A stretch of 28,217 nt of DNA from a virus (lineage: Duplodnaviria; Heunggongvirae; Uroviricota; Caudoviricetes), in the IMG/VR virus record IMGVR_UViG_2802429224_000009; one strand, written 5' to 3'. Below are positions 15,145-24,596 of the stretch, piece by piece. Position 1 is the stretch's first letter, and every line of letters begins with the position of its first letter. The notes under the pieces are model-generated. The model did no database searches. It worked only from the letters and a program-made list of their open reading frames with translations, and was not told the DNA's origin. A program made the translations under genes and the position numbers.

Positions 15145-16041
15145 ATGACGAAGCAGAAAACAGACTGGGTTGTGGTTGCCACATCAGGCCCCACCATCGA
15201 CGGTCGGGAAATTGAACCGAAGTGGCTGACGGATGCCGCCGAGGTTTACAACCCGGACGAGCGAGCCGCCATGCTCTGGCCATATCACGCCGATTCCGGA
15301 TGGCGTGCCTTCACCAATAACTACGGCATTGTTGATGCCCTGAAAGTCGAAAAATTTGGTGAAAAGGTGCAGCTTAAAGCACGCCTGATCCCAAATCGCT
15401 TCCTGATTGAAGCCAATAAGGCCGGGCAGAAACTTTTTACCTCCATTGAAGTGCGGGAAAACTATCTGGGCACGGGCAAATTCTTTGTGTCCGGTATCGC
15501 CGTGACGGATACCCCAGCCAGCATTAACACTACACGCCTGCAGTTTTCCATGGGGGAAGCCATCCATATGGGCAACGCAGAGGCGCTGAATTTTACGCTG
15601 CAGCCTGATGATGAGCAGGCCAAACGCAACTTCTTCTCCCGCTTCTTCTCATCTGACAATCACCAACAGGGAATTTACCAAGCCATGAACGAAGAACAGT
15701 TCAGCCAGTTAATGGGTGCCATTAATAAAACCAGTGAACGCCTGGACGAGCTGGAAAAAAACGTCGCGCAGTTCAGCGCGAAGGATGCCTCGAAAGATAC
15801 CGGTGATAACAAGCCGGAAGGCAGCACCGGCGTTCAGGGGCAGGACAACGCAGAACAGAACAACAAGGACGACAAAACCTTCACGCTGACCACCGAGCAG
15901 GGCGAAAAGCTGTTCTCCACAGTGAACGCCATCGCGGAGAAGGTTACCAGTATGGAAACCGCATTTGCTGAACTCAGCAAGGACGCCACGAAGCTGCCGG
16001 GCAACAATCCGGCCGGTGGCGAAACTTTTAACCTGGTGTAA
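15145..16041 (+). CDS. O: Capsid scaffolding protein (P2 gpO-like)
   Basis: 298 aa; segment GKFFVSGIAVTDTPAS matches P2 gpO (GKCYLVGLAVTDDPAS as recalled); acidic coiled-coil C-terminal half. Confidence 0.85.
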   Translation: MTKQKTDWVVVATSGPTIDGREIEPKWLTDAAEVYNPDERAAMLWPYHADSGWRAFTNNYGIVDALKVEKFGEKVQLKARLIPNRFLIEANKAGQKLFTSIEVRENYLGTGKFFVSGIAVTDTPASINTTRLQFSMGEAIHMGNAEALNFTLQPDDEQAKRNFFSRFFSSDNHQQGIYQAMNEEQFSQLMGAINKTSERLDELEKNVAQFSAKDASKDTGDNKPEGSTGVQGQDNAEQNNKDDKTFTLTTEQGEKLFSTVNAIAEKVTSMETAFAELSKDATKLPGNNPAGGETFNLV

Positions 16042-16055
16042 CCGGAGAGAACGCA

Positions 16056-17069
16056 ATGAACATGACACCAGAAGCACAAAAGCTGGTTAATCAGTACATC
16101 AGCGAACTGCAAAAAACATTCAGTGACTGCGGGAAATCAAGCGATCGTTTCTTTTCGCTGACCGAGCCACGCAGTATTGCTCTGCGTAAAGCCCTGCTGG
16201 AAAGCACGGAGTTTCTGAGTTTCATCACCTGCATGGACGTTCCGCACCCGCAGGGGCAGGTCGTCGCCGTGGGCGAATCCACACTGCGCACCGGTCGCGT
16301 GAAAAGCGGTCGTTTCGCTAAAGGTTCGGGCATCAAAGGCAACGAATTTAAACTCGTTGAAACTGATTCCTGCTGCGTGATCACCTGGGAACAACTCGCC
16401 ATCTGGGCGAATGCCGGCAGCCCGCAGGAATTTTTCAACCTGATGAACTCCGCCGCCGTCACCAACTTTGCGCTGGATATGCTGCTCATTGGCTTTAACG
16501 GTAAAACAGCAGCGGAAAACTCTGACCCGGAAAGTCACCCGAACGGCGAAGACGTCAACATCGGCTGGCATGAAATCGCCAAAAAGTGGGGAGAACAGCC
16601 CGGCAATACCTCCCGTATTCTGACAGACGCCGTTACCCTGGGCGAAGGCGGCGATTATGTCGGTCTTGATGCCATGGCCTCAGACCTGATCCGCACTTAC
16701 ATCCCGGCACAGTATCACAACGACCCACGACTTACCGTACTGGTCGGCGCAGACCTTGTGGCTGCTGAAGAACTACGCCTCTACAACAAAGAGGATAAGC
16801 CTACCGAAAAAGTGGCCGCACAGTTGCTGACAAAGAACATTGCAGGCCGCAAGGCCATCATTCCGCCGTTTATGCCGGGCAAACGTATGGTGGTGACCAT
16901 GCTGCCAAACCTGCAGATCCTGACGCTGAAAGGCTCCCGCCGCCGCAAGGCAGAAGATGTGGGCGATCGCAAACAGTTCGAAAACTCATACTGGCGTTAC
17001 GAGGGGTACGCCCTGGGCGATCCGGATTTATATGCTGCCGTAGATGAGTCTGCGGTCACCATCGCCTGA
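16056..17069 (+). CDS. N: Major capsid protein (P2 gpN-like)
   Basis: 337 aa; ...LLIGFNGKTAAENSD...GEGGDYVGLDAMASDLI...HNDPRLTVLVGADL... parallels P2 gpN (...FIMAGFNGVKRAETSD...GKGGDYASLDALVMDAT...QEDPDLVVIVGRQL...) from memory. Confidence 0.85.
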   Translation: MNMTPEAQKLVNQYISELQKTFSDCGKSSDRFFSLTEPRSIALRKALLESTEFLSFITCMDVPHPQGQVVAVGESTLRTGRVKSGRFAKGSGIKGNEFKLVETDSCCVITWEQLAIWANAGSPQEFFNLMNSAAVTNFALDMLLIGFNGKTAAENSDPESHPNGEDVNIGWHEIAKKWGEQPGNTSRILTDAVTLGEGGDYVGLDAMASDLIRTYIPAQYHNDPRLTVLVGADLVAAEELRLYNKEDKPTEKVAAQLLTKNIAGRKAIIPPFMPGKRMVVTMLPNLQILTLKGSRRRKAEDVGDRKQFENSYWRYEGYALGDPDLYAAVDESAVTIA

Positions 17070-17086
17070 TAAACGGAGCGCACGGT

Positions 17087-17797
17087 ATGCCAACGCCAAT
17101 GCAGCGACAACGTGCCCGACAGATGGATGAGCGCCGTGCGGCGCTCATGACCAGAACGGACGGGAGCGCCATCAGCACAGAGAGTCAGCACATTAAGCTG
17201 CTGGCACTGGATAACGACATCAGACAACTGCACAACATGGAGCTGCTGTCTGACAAGCTGGAATTCAAACGGAACACGCTGCTGCCCCGCTGGCTGCCAC
17301 ACGCACAGGCTTATCTGGAGGGGGAACGCGTCTATCAGAATCCCATTCTGGTGTACTGCATCATCTGGCTGTTCGATACCGGGCAGTTTGAGATGGCGCT
17401 GCGGTGGGCTGACATTGCCATTGAGCAGGGGCAAAAGACGCCGGAGAACTTCAAAAGCGAGCTGCCAACGTTTGTGGCCCATTTCATTCTTGAATGGGCA
17501 GAAACCGAAGCTGAACGTGGGAACAGTATCGCGCCATATTTTCAGCAGGTGTTTGAAAAAATCCGTGACAAATGGCGCGTGAATGAACGCCTTGCTGCCC
17601 GCTACTGGCGCTTTGCAGGCGTCCTGCTGCTGCGCGGCGATGACGGTAAACCGCTGGCCAGTGCAATTAACGATCCGGAGAGACTGCAACAGGCCGACCA
17701 GTGTCTGGAACGGGCTGCCTGGCTGCATCCAAAAATTCAGGTGAAAACCCTGCGCCAGCGCATTGCCGCAAGACTGCGCGCGTTGCAGGGCACGTAA
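17087..17797 (+). CDS. M: Terminase small / endonuclease subunit (P2 gpM-like)
   Basis: 236 aa, position after the capsid gene as in P2; GGAG RBS. Confidence 0.75.
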   Translation: MPTPMQRQRARQMDERRAALMTRTDGSAISTESQHIKLLALDNDIRQLHNMELLSDKLEFKRNTLLPRWLPHAQAYLEGERVYQNPILVYCIIWLFDTGQFEMALRWADIAIEQGQKTPENFKSELPTFVAHFILEWAETEAERGNSIAPYFQQVFEKIRDKWRVNERLAARYWRFAGVLLLRGDDGKPLASAINDPERLQQADQCLERAAWLHPKIQVKTLRQRIAARLRALQGT

Positions 17798-17895
17798 ACG
17801 ACTCCCAACAACCGGGCGGGCGCGGTGGAGGTGTGCCGGCAAAAGCCATCAGCACACTGCGGAAACCGGTCAGCCCGCCTTTCCCCGGAGTGAGC

Positions 17896-18390
17896 ATGTT
17901 TGACGGGAAAAGCATTCACTATCAGCAGGCCATTATTCAGAACGATGGATTCTGGCCGGATATTGATGCCGGCGATTTTGAAAAGAGCCGCAGCATCCCC
18001 GCCGTCACGTCACACGAAACGGTGCTGACGGCACTGCTTTGCGCGGTAACAGAGATTAACACTGAACTGGCTGCACGCCGTGAATACTGGCAGGAACAGG
18101 GCCACATCCGGGCCGCCGATATTCCGGGTTACACCGTGTTGCAACCAGAGCCGCGCAATACGGATGCACAACCTGAACGGATGCAGAACCACATTACAGC
18201 ACTGTACACCAAGGCTGTGTATGCCCGCGCAAAGGCCGATCTTTTGCCGGAATCTGCCAGCGTGGGGCGGCGCGAGGCGCAGCCATCATCAGAAGCCAGC
18301 GAAAGCCGCCGGACGTTGCTGGCTGAAGCGGCCATGGCGGTGCGGGCGCTGCTGGGCCGACCGCGTGCATCCATCGCGCTGATTGATTAA
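17896..18390 (+). CDS. L: Head completion/stabilisation protein (P2 gpL-like)
   Basis: Track ORF 17701..18390; ATG at 17896 (MFDGKSIHYQQ...) has GGAG 6 nt upstream. Motif GFWPDIDAG...EINTELAARRE resembles P2 gpL (FFFPDIDPK...ETNAELYEYRE) from memory. Confidence 0.7.
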   Translation: MFDGKSIHYQQAIIQNDGFWPDIDAGDFEKSRSIPAVTSHETVLTALLCAVTEINTELAARREYWQEQGHIRAADIPGYTVLQPEPRNTDAQPERMQNHITALYTKAVYARAKADLLPESASVGRREAQPSSEASESRRTLLAEAAMAVRALLGRPRASIALID

Positions 18391-18399
18391 GGAAATGGT

Positions 18400-18873
18400 A
18401 TGACGCAACTCGCCAGCCTGACGGCATTCATTGAAAACAATCTGCCGGCACGCGCACGCATTCCGTTCACCAGTGACATGGACGACATCACGCTCGTTCC
18501 GTTTACGAAGTCGCTGGGGCACGGGCAGTTATGTACGCAGGTCCGAAAATATACGGCTTTTCTGCGATGGGACGCATGGCCCTATCGTCAGCTCAATCCG
18601 GATTTGGTGTTTTCTCTGGTTGAAGCCTGGCTGGCAGACAACGGCGGCGACCTGCGCCAGCGCCTGGCACCGGATGCGCCAGCCGTTGACGTCGAAGTGG
18701 ATGATGAAAATGAAGTGGCATGGCTGGAAATCAGTCTGCCGCTGGTTGATCCCATCACCCTGGTTGAGGACGAAAACGGCCCCATCCCCAGAGGCGGGAA
18801 ACGTTACCAGCTGGAAAAGCCTGAAATCTGGGTGGCTCAGGCGCATCAGCTTCACTGTCAGGTGATGCCATGA
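18400..18873 (+). CDS. Putative head-tail joining / tail completion protein (157 aa)
   Basis: Position between head completion and tail sheath; stop overlaps next start (ATGA). Function assigned by synteny only. Confidence 0.35.
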   Translation: MTQLASLTAFIENNLPARARIPFTSDMDDITLVPFTKSLGHGQLCTQVRKYTAFLRWDAWPYRQLNPDLVFSLVEAWLADNGGDLRQRLAPDAPAVDVEVDDENEVAWLEISLPLVDPITLVEDENGPIPRGGKRYQLEKPEIWVAQAHQLHCQVMP

Positions 18874-19583
18874 CGCGCCCAGTGATTAACGAGTCACAAC
18901 TCCGGCAGGTTCGTCGCGCCATCAGAGAGGCAGAACTTCCGCCGGCAAAGGCCAGAAAGCTGCTGGTTCGCATTGCGAAATACGGCCTGATACCGGCTGC
19001 ACGACGCAATGTGAAAGCACAGCGAACACCGGAGGGGGCAGCCTGGGCACCACGAAAAAGACCGGATAAAGCCAGCGGCAGGTATAAAAACAAAATGCTG
19101 CTGGGACTGCCGAAACTGCTGGCCATCAGGGTTGACGGCAGCGGGAAAAGTGTCCGCCTTTTCTTCAAAAAAGGGGCTTACAACACCGGCTCTCATGGTG
19201 GGGCGGTCGCGTGGGTGCAACAGCACGGCGCAACCATCAAAGGCCGCGCCACAAAGCGCCGGGACAGCGAAGCCATGCGCACCCGTCCCGCCACACGACG
19301 GCAGGCAGAACGCCTTCTTTCTCTGGGCTTTCGCGCCCCCGTCGGCGCAGTCAGCAAAAAGACCGGGCGCAGGGGGCGCAGAAAACCTTCCCTGAAATGG
19401 ATTATGGAAAACATGAGTATGGCGCAGGCCGGACTGGTGATCAGCATTCTGAAAGGCGAGCAGAAAAAACGTGTATGGGAAATCAAAATCCCCTCCCGCG
19501 CATTTCTGGGAGCCAGCGATGCTGAATTTGCCCGCATTCTGGAAGCGCAGCTGCGTAGCCTGCATTACGGCGGCACGAGATAA
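18870..19583 (+). CDS. Putative virion morphogenesis / tail completion protein (237 aa), basic C-terminus
   Basis: Translationally coupled to the previous gene; lies directly before the sheath gene; assignment by position. Confidence 0.35.
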   Translation: MTRPVINESQLRQVRRAIREAELPPAKARKLLVRIAKYGLIPAARRNVKAQRTPEGAAWAPRKRPDKASGRYKNKMLLGLPKLLAIRVDGSGKSVRLFFKKGAYNTGSHGGAVAWVQQHGATIKGRATKRRDSEAMRTRPATRRQAERLLSLGFRAPVGAVSKKTGRRGRRKPSLKWIMENMSMAQAGLVISILKGEQKKRVWEIKIPSRAFLGASDAEFARILEAQLRSLHYGGTR

Positions 19584-19602
19584 CAAAATCAGGAGACAAA
19601 CC

Positions 19603-20751
19603 ATGACATGGCCATCTGTCACGATTGAACAGTACAACACATTCAGCAGTTCACCGGACGGCGTGGAAAATACGCTGCTGTTTGTGGGCAATGCACAAAA
19701 CAACAAAGGTGAGGTTCTGCCGGTTAATGCCAACAGCGATCTGGATGAGCTACTGGGAAAGAACGCCAGCCCGCTGAAGAACTTCCTTCAGTCTGCACTG
19801 ACCAATGCCGGACAGAATGCCTTTTTCTATGTTGCCGTTCTGCCGGAAGCCGGCAAAGGCAAAGAAGCAACGCCAGCCTGCCAGGTATGGCAGAACGCCA
19901 TACTGGCGGCTCAGGAAACTGTTTCAGTTGAAGGCGTGGTGATCACCGAGCCGGTCAGCACGAAGGATGACATCAACGCCATACAGGCGTTACGTCAGAC
20001 CATCATCAATAAATATCAGCGCCGCATCTGGTTCATCCTGACCATCGCCGCCAACGACAACAGTAAAACCTGGGCGGAATACGTTGCCGAACTGACCGCA
20101 CTACAGAAAGGCATTGCAGCCCCGCAGGTCATGCTGGTTCCGGAGATTTTTGGATTTGAACCGGGCGTTCTTGCCGGTCGCCTGTGTAACAGCGCCGTCA
20201 CCATTGCTGACAGTCCGGCACGTGTGGCAACCGGGCCCCTGTCCGCACTGAAAACCACAGAACGCCCGAAAGACAGCACAGGGCAGGCAATTGATCTCGA
20301 CACTCTGCAGGCGCTGGCAACCGCCCGCTACAGCGTGCCCATGTGGTATGCCGACTATGACGGCCTTTACTGGGCTGACGGTGTAACACTTGAGGTGGAA
20401 GGCGGGGACTACAACGTCATTGAGCATGTCCGCATTGCTGATAAGGTGGCGCGCCGCGTGCGGCTGATGGCCATCCCCAAGATTGCCGACCGCTCGCTGA
20501 ACAGCACGCCGGGCAGCATTGCCGCACATGAAACGCTGTTTGCCCGCCCACTGCGTGCCATGGCGAAATCCATGCAAATTAACGGCATCACGTTTCCGGG
20601 CGAAGTGAAATCGCCCCGGAAAGGCGACGTGGTTATCACCTGGCAGGACGAAAAGACGGTCAGCATCAGCATTGTCGTCCGCCCTTACGCCTGCCCTAAA
20701 ACCATCAAAGTGGGCATTCAGCTGGATAAATCTCTGGAGGAAAACGCATGA
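19603..20751 (+). CDS. Putative contractile tail sheath protein (382 aa)
   Basis: Track ORF 19471..20751; ATG at 19603 with AGGAG RBS. Size and position (first of sheath, tube, chaperone, tape-measure order) support the call; not verified by motif. Confidence 0.5.
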   Translation: MTWPSVTIEQYNTFSSSPDGVENTLLFVGNAQNNKGEVLPVNANSDLDELLGKNASPLKNFLQSALTNAGQNAFFYVAVLPEAGKGKEATPACQVWQNAILAAQETVSVEGVVITEPVSTKDDINAIQALRQTIINKYQRRIWFILTIAANDNSKTWAEYVAELTALQKGIAAPQVMLVPEIFGFEPGVLAGRLCNSAVTIADSPARVATGPLSALKTTERPKDSTGQAIDLDTLQALATARYSVPMWYADYDGLYWADGVTLEVEGGDYNVIEHVRIADKVARRVRLMAIPKIADRSLNSTPGSIAAHETLFARPLRAMAKSMQINGITFPGEVKSPRKGDVVITWQDEKTVSISIVVRPYACPKTIKVGIQLDKSLEENA

Positions 20752-21203
20752 CGACCCGCATTAACGGCATGGCGTTTGACACTTTTATCGGTGGAACGGA
20801 TATCCATGTGAAAAGCATCTCACTGGACATCAGCGATGAAAGCGCCGTTGCCAAAACCCGTGGCATCCCTGACGGCAAACTGCGCGGCCCTGTCAGTGCC
20901 GAAGGTGAAATCGAAATGAGTACCCGCAGCTTTAACCAGCTCGGGGAAGTGGCTGCTCAGGAGGGATCGTGGCGTGACCTGCCGCCAATGGATTTTGTGT
21001 TTTACGCCAACACGGGAACCGAAGAAATCCGCGTTGAAGCCTTCGGTTGTGAGCTGATGCTTTCCGGCCTGTTAAGCATTGACACCGAGAGCGCAGATCT
21101 GACCACGCACAAAATCAAGTACGTGGTGGCAAGCCCTGACTTTGTGCGTATCAACGGCGTGCCCGTTCTCTCAGAGAACGACGTGCGCGGACTGATGGGG
21201 TGA
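20748..21203 (+). CDS. Putative tail tube protein (151 aa)
   Basis: Start overlaps sheath stop (ATGA); size and synteny typical of a myophage tube protein. Confidence 0.5.
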   Translation: MTTRINGMAFDTFIGGTDIHVKSISLDISDESAVAKTRGIPDGKLRGPVSAEGEIEMSTRSFNQLGEVAAQEGSWRDLPPMDFVFYANTGTEEIRVEAFGCELMLSGLLSIDTESADLTTHKIKYVVASPDFVRINGVPVLSENDVRGLMG

Positions 21204-21206
21204 ACC

Positions 21207-21503
21207 ATGCAGGAGCATGAGCGCACCATTATCACTCTGGGTATTCTGGGCGGAATCGCTGCCGCAAGTCGGGTGCTGGCTGGCGCAGAGCCGATTACGT
21301 TGCGGTTGTTTGTGGGCCGAACCCTGCTGGGGAGCGCGCTGGGTGTTTCTGCCGCTGCCCTGCTGGTTCGCTACCCGAACCTTGACCCACTGGCCATTGC
21401 CGGCGCAGGCACCGCAATGGGCGTTGCCGGTTACCAGATTGTTGAAATCTTCCTGCGTCATATGCGCCGGAAGCTGGGCGAGAAAGAGAACAAAGAGGAG
21501 TAA
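21207..21503 (+). CDS. Holin-like small membrane protein (98 aa)
   Basis: Two to three hydrophobic helices (IITLGILGGIAAASRVLAG; LLGSALGVSAAALLV; AIAGAGTAMGVAGYQIV) followed by a highly charged C-terminal tail (RRKLGEKENKEE), a classic holin layout. Confidence 0.45.
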   Translation: MQEHERTIITLGILGGIAAASRVLAGAEPITLRLFVGRTLLGSALGVSAAALLVRYPNLDPLAIAGAGTAMGVAGYQIVEIFLRHMRRKLGEKENKEE

Positions 21504-21508
21504 CAGCA

Positions 21509-21610
21509 ATGCTGTCCCGCAGGGAACAAAAAGCTGCCGCCATTGCCTGGAAAATTATCCGGGCACTGTGGTACTGGCTGCGCAAACCTCAGCAACCTCA
21601 TAAGGAGTAA
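21509..21610 (+). CDS. Small basic peptide (33 aa), possible lysis accessory peptide
   Basis: Not in track. ATG at 21509 with AAGAGGAG RBS; my translation MLSRREQKAAAIAWKIIRALWYWLRKPQQPHKE; ends 2 nt before the peptidase ATG. Confidence 0.3.
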   Translation: MLSRREQKAAAIAWKIIRALWYWLRKPQQPHKE

Positions 21611-21612
21611 AA

Positions 21613-21954
21613 ATGAAACTCTCCGATAAGCAACAACAATTTACCGTCATGATCGGAAAACTCATCCAGTTTGCCCATCAGCGCGGTTATGGCCTGACGT
21701 TCGGTGAGGCGTACCGCACGCCAGAACAGGCAAAACTCAACGCACAAAAGGGATCCGGCATTGCCAACAGCCTGCACTGCCAGCGGCTGGCCGTGGATTT
21801 TAATCTGTTTATTAACGGTGAATATCAGACCCGCACAGAGGCCTACCGTGAGCTGGGCGAGTACTGGGAATCCCTTGGTGGCGCATGGGGCGGTCGTTTT
21901 AAAAACCGACCGGATGGCAATCATTTCAGCCTTGAGCACGACGGCGTGCGCTGA
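21613..21954 (+). CDS. Peptidase M15-family cell-wall hydrolase (putative endolysin)
   Basis: 113 aa; zinc-ligand pattern of the M15/VanY-like fold (SLHCQRLAVDFNLF ... DGNHFSLEH); AAGGAG RBS. Confidence 0.6.
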   Translation: MKLSDKQQQFTVMIGKLIQFAHQRGYGLTFGEAYRTPEQAKLNAQKGSGIANSLHCQRLAVDFNLFINGEYQTRTEAYRELGEYWESLGGAWGGRFKNRPDGNHFSLEHDGVR

Positions 21955-22018
21955 TTTTACGCTTAATAAGCCTTCCTGCAGGCTTATTAAGCCCTCTTAT
22001 TCTTGACTTTAAAAGGAA

Positions 22019-22312
22019 ATGATGATGAACGATAAAAACACACAGACTACCGCAGAGAACACCATCACTTTACAGGTCGGCGAGCATGAACTGACGTTTA
22101 TCCCGACCGTAAAAGCCTACAACGACCTGCAGAACGACTTCATGCCGGATAACAAAATCGCGCCGCTGAAAAACTACCTGCGCCGTATCGTGATTAAAGA
22201 GCACCGCGATCTGCTGAACCAGTTGCTGGAAAAACCAGGAATGCCGGCCAGCCTGGCAACAGCCGTGAATAACGAGTTTGTGCCGGAAGTGGAAATCACC
22301 GTAAAAAAATAA
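22019..22312 (+). CDS. Tail assembly chaperone (gpE / lambda gpG analogue), with -1 frameshift extension to 22500
   Basis: 97-aa ORF directly upstream of the tape measure gene. Slippery heptamer A_AAA_AAA at 22303-22309 followed by an open -1 frame of 63 codons ending TAA at 22498-22500, overlapping the tape-measure ATG. Confidence 0.7.
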   Translation: MMMNDKNTQTTAENTITLQVGEHELTFIPTVKAYNDLQNDFMPDNKIAPLKNYLRRIVIKEHRDLLNQLLEKPGMPASLATAVNNEFVPEVEITVKK

Positions 22313-22499
22313 AAAGCCATCTGGGGGCCATTGATCGCAATGACCTGACCCGGATGCTGATTCTGCGCCGCCACTGGCTGCCCGGCGAGGATGACTCGCC
22401 GCAGTCACTGGCTGCCGCCGTCTGGCTGGATAACCACTACTGGGAAAATATGAGCATCGCCGTCAATAACGGCATTATCCGTGCTTTTAAGGGATCGTA

Positions 22500-24596
22500 A
22501 TGTCACAACAGCGCCTTGAATTACTTCTTGAACTGACAGATCGCCTGACAAGGCCGTTGCGTGCAGCCGGGCGACAGGTTCAGGGATTTGCTGCAACAAG
22601 TCGGGGAGCCTTTCGGGACATTGCTACCGGAGGCGCTGCGCTCTGGGGAGTGGGTGCAGCCATTCAGGGGGCACTGATGCCAGCCATTGAAATGGACAGG
22701 GCGCTCGGTGAGGTGAAATCACTGGGCGTCGCAGAGTCCGGATTGCGTAAACTCAGCCGCGCCGCCGTTGATTTCACTATGGAATACGGCGGGGCTGCGC
22801 AGGATTTTGTGCGTGCTTCTTACGACATCCAGTCAGCCATTGCCGGGTTAACTGACGATGAGCTGTCCCGCTTCACCACCGCATCAGCAACGGTGGCAGC
22901 AGCAACCAAATCCAGCAGCCAGACCATTACCGCCTACATGGGCACCATGTACGGCATCTTTAAAGACCAGGCTGATGCCATGGGAAAAAGTAAATGGGTG
23001 GAGCAGGTCGCCGGGCAAACCGCCACCGCCGTGCAAATGTTTAAAACAACCGGCGATAACATGTCAGCGGCGTTCACCACGCTGGGGGCTAGTGCAAAAG
23101 CGGCCGGTATTGATGCGGCTGAACAGTTCGCCGTGCTGGGACAACTACAGGCCACCATGAGTGGCAGCGAGGCCGGGACAAAATACAAGGCATTTCTTGC
23201 CGCAGTAGGTAGCGCCCAGAAAAAGCTGGGGCTTAATTTCGTGAATAAAGACGGCACCATGAAAAGTGTTGTCGAGATCATGAAACTTATCAGGGGTAAA
23301 TTTGGTGATCTGTCAAAAGTGGCTGATTCCGATTTGCTAAAAAGCGCCTTTGGCTCCGATGAAGCTGTGGCCATGATTAAATTACTCAATGCGGACATTG
23401 GCGGACTTGAAAAGAATATCGCCACGCTGGGCAATATCAAAGGTATGGATAAGGCTGTCGAAATGGCGCAGGCCATGGCTGATCCATGGGAACAGGCCGC
23501 TGCAATTATTAACGGCATTCGCATCGAAATTGGCACGCAGTTGTTGCCTGTTCTGTACCCGTTTATCCAGAAAAGCAACGAAGGCGGTAAATCCTTTGTT
23601 GCCTGGTTACGCCTGTATCCAAACATCACTCGCGCAATCGGCTTATTAAGCGCGGCACTTATTGGTGTTGCGGCGGTTGGCGCAACGGTCAATGTCGTAA
23701 TGGGGGTTGCGAAATTTATCTGGGTGGGATTACGCATGGTCTGGATGGCCGTCATCGCCCCACTGAAATTAATCGTTTTTCTGTATCGCACAATGAGAGT
23801 GGTTATGCTTGCGTTCTGTGCTGCCGCTCGCATGGTAAGAGCAATATATCTGGCAATAAACATCGCCATGGGAGTGATGAATATTCGCGCCAGAGCACAA
23901 CTGCTATTGATGGGCCTACAACGTGCCGGAATGCTCCTGCAGGCAGCAGCATTATCAGCCGTCTCTGTTGCCATGGGGATTTATTCCGCAGTCACCAGCG
24001 GAGCCGCAATTGCAACACAGTTACTTTTCAGCCCCATCACATTAATCATCCTGGCACTGGCTGCGCTGGGTGTGGGCATTTATTTCCTGATCACCCGCTG
24101 GGATGAAATCAAAGCTGCACTGATGGATACCGCTGCATTTCAGTGGGTTGCCGGCATCATTAACAGCATGGGGGCGTGGTTCGGCAATGCATGGAGTGCA
24201 ATCAGGGATGGCTGGAATGCACTGGTTAACTATTTTTCCACCCATTCACCACTGGATGCCCTGAAGGATCTCGCCGGCGGCATACTGAAGATTTTCAGTA
24301 ATCTCTGGGAACTGGTGAAACAGTCCTTCAGTGATTCATGGGGCTGGATTGTGGACAAACTCAACATGATCCCCGGCGTTAACATCGGCACATCAGAAAG
24401 CACAGGAAGTGGCGAAGGCTCCGTATTAACCGGCGGTAAAGCCATCAGCGCGGGGCCGGGTGGCATTGCGGCAGAAATGCAGAACAACAGCGAAAACCAG
24501 ACCACAATCGACAACTCCCGTCGTGTGGTCAACGTCAATGTGCAGGATCCATCCCCTGCCCGTCTTAACGAGTGGATGGAGCTGCATGCATACTGA
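22500..24596 (+). CDS. Tail tape measure protein
   Basis: 698 aa; helical Ala/Gly-rich N-terminal half, then multiple hydrophobic transmembrane-like segments (residues about 370-530), typical of tape measure proteins; directly follows the chaperone frameshift. Confidence 0.85.
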   Translation: MSQQRLELLLELTDRLTRPLRAAGRQVQGFAATSRGAFRDIATGGAALWGVGAAIQGALMPAIEMDRALGEVKSLGVAESGLRKLSRAAVDFTMEYGGAAQDFVRASYDIQSAIAGLTDDELSRFTTASATVAAATKSSSQTITAYMGTMYGIFKDQADAMGKSKWVEQVAGQTATAVQMFKTTGDNMSAAFTTLGASAKAAGIDAAEQFAVLGQLQATMSGSEAGTKYKAFLAAVGSAQKKLGLNFVNKDGTMKSVVEIMKLIRGKFGDLSKVADSDLLKSAFGSDEAVAMIKLLNADIGGLEKNIATLGNIKGMDKAVEMAQAMADPWEQAAAIINGIRIEIGTQLLPVLYPFIQKSNEGGKSFVAWLRLYPNITRAIGLLSAALIGVAAVGATVNVVMGVAKFIWVGLRMVWMAVIAPLKLIVFLYRTMRVVMLAFCAAARMVRAIYLAINIAMGVMNIRARAQLLLMGLQRAGMLLQAAALSAVSVAMGIYSAVTSGAAIATQLLFSPITLIILALAALGVGIYFLITRWDEIKAALMDTAAFQWVAGIINSMGAWFGNAWSAIRDGWNALVNYFSTHSPLDALKDLAGGILKIFSNLWELVKQSFSDSWGWIVDKLNMIPGVNIGTSESTGSGEGSVLTGGKAISAGPGGIAAEMQNNSENQTTIDNSRRVVNVNVQDPSPARLNEWMELHAY

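Noticed and set aside
17701-17895. Upstream extension of the head-completion ORF (track start 17701)
   Set aside because: Overlaps the 3' end of gene M; the ATG at 17896 has a proper RBS and gives a product of P2 gpL-like length.
22934-23974. 346-aa minus-strand ORF
   Set aside because: Lies entirely antisense within the tape measure gene; Ala-rich mirror of the TMP codons; shadow ORF. The same reasoning applies to 24914..25591(-), 26718..27620(-), 16997..17842(-), 18894..19733(-), 8195..8680(-), 8784..9281(-) and 6200..6766(-).
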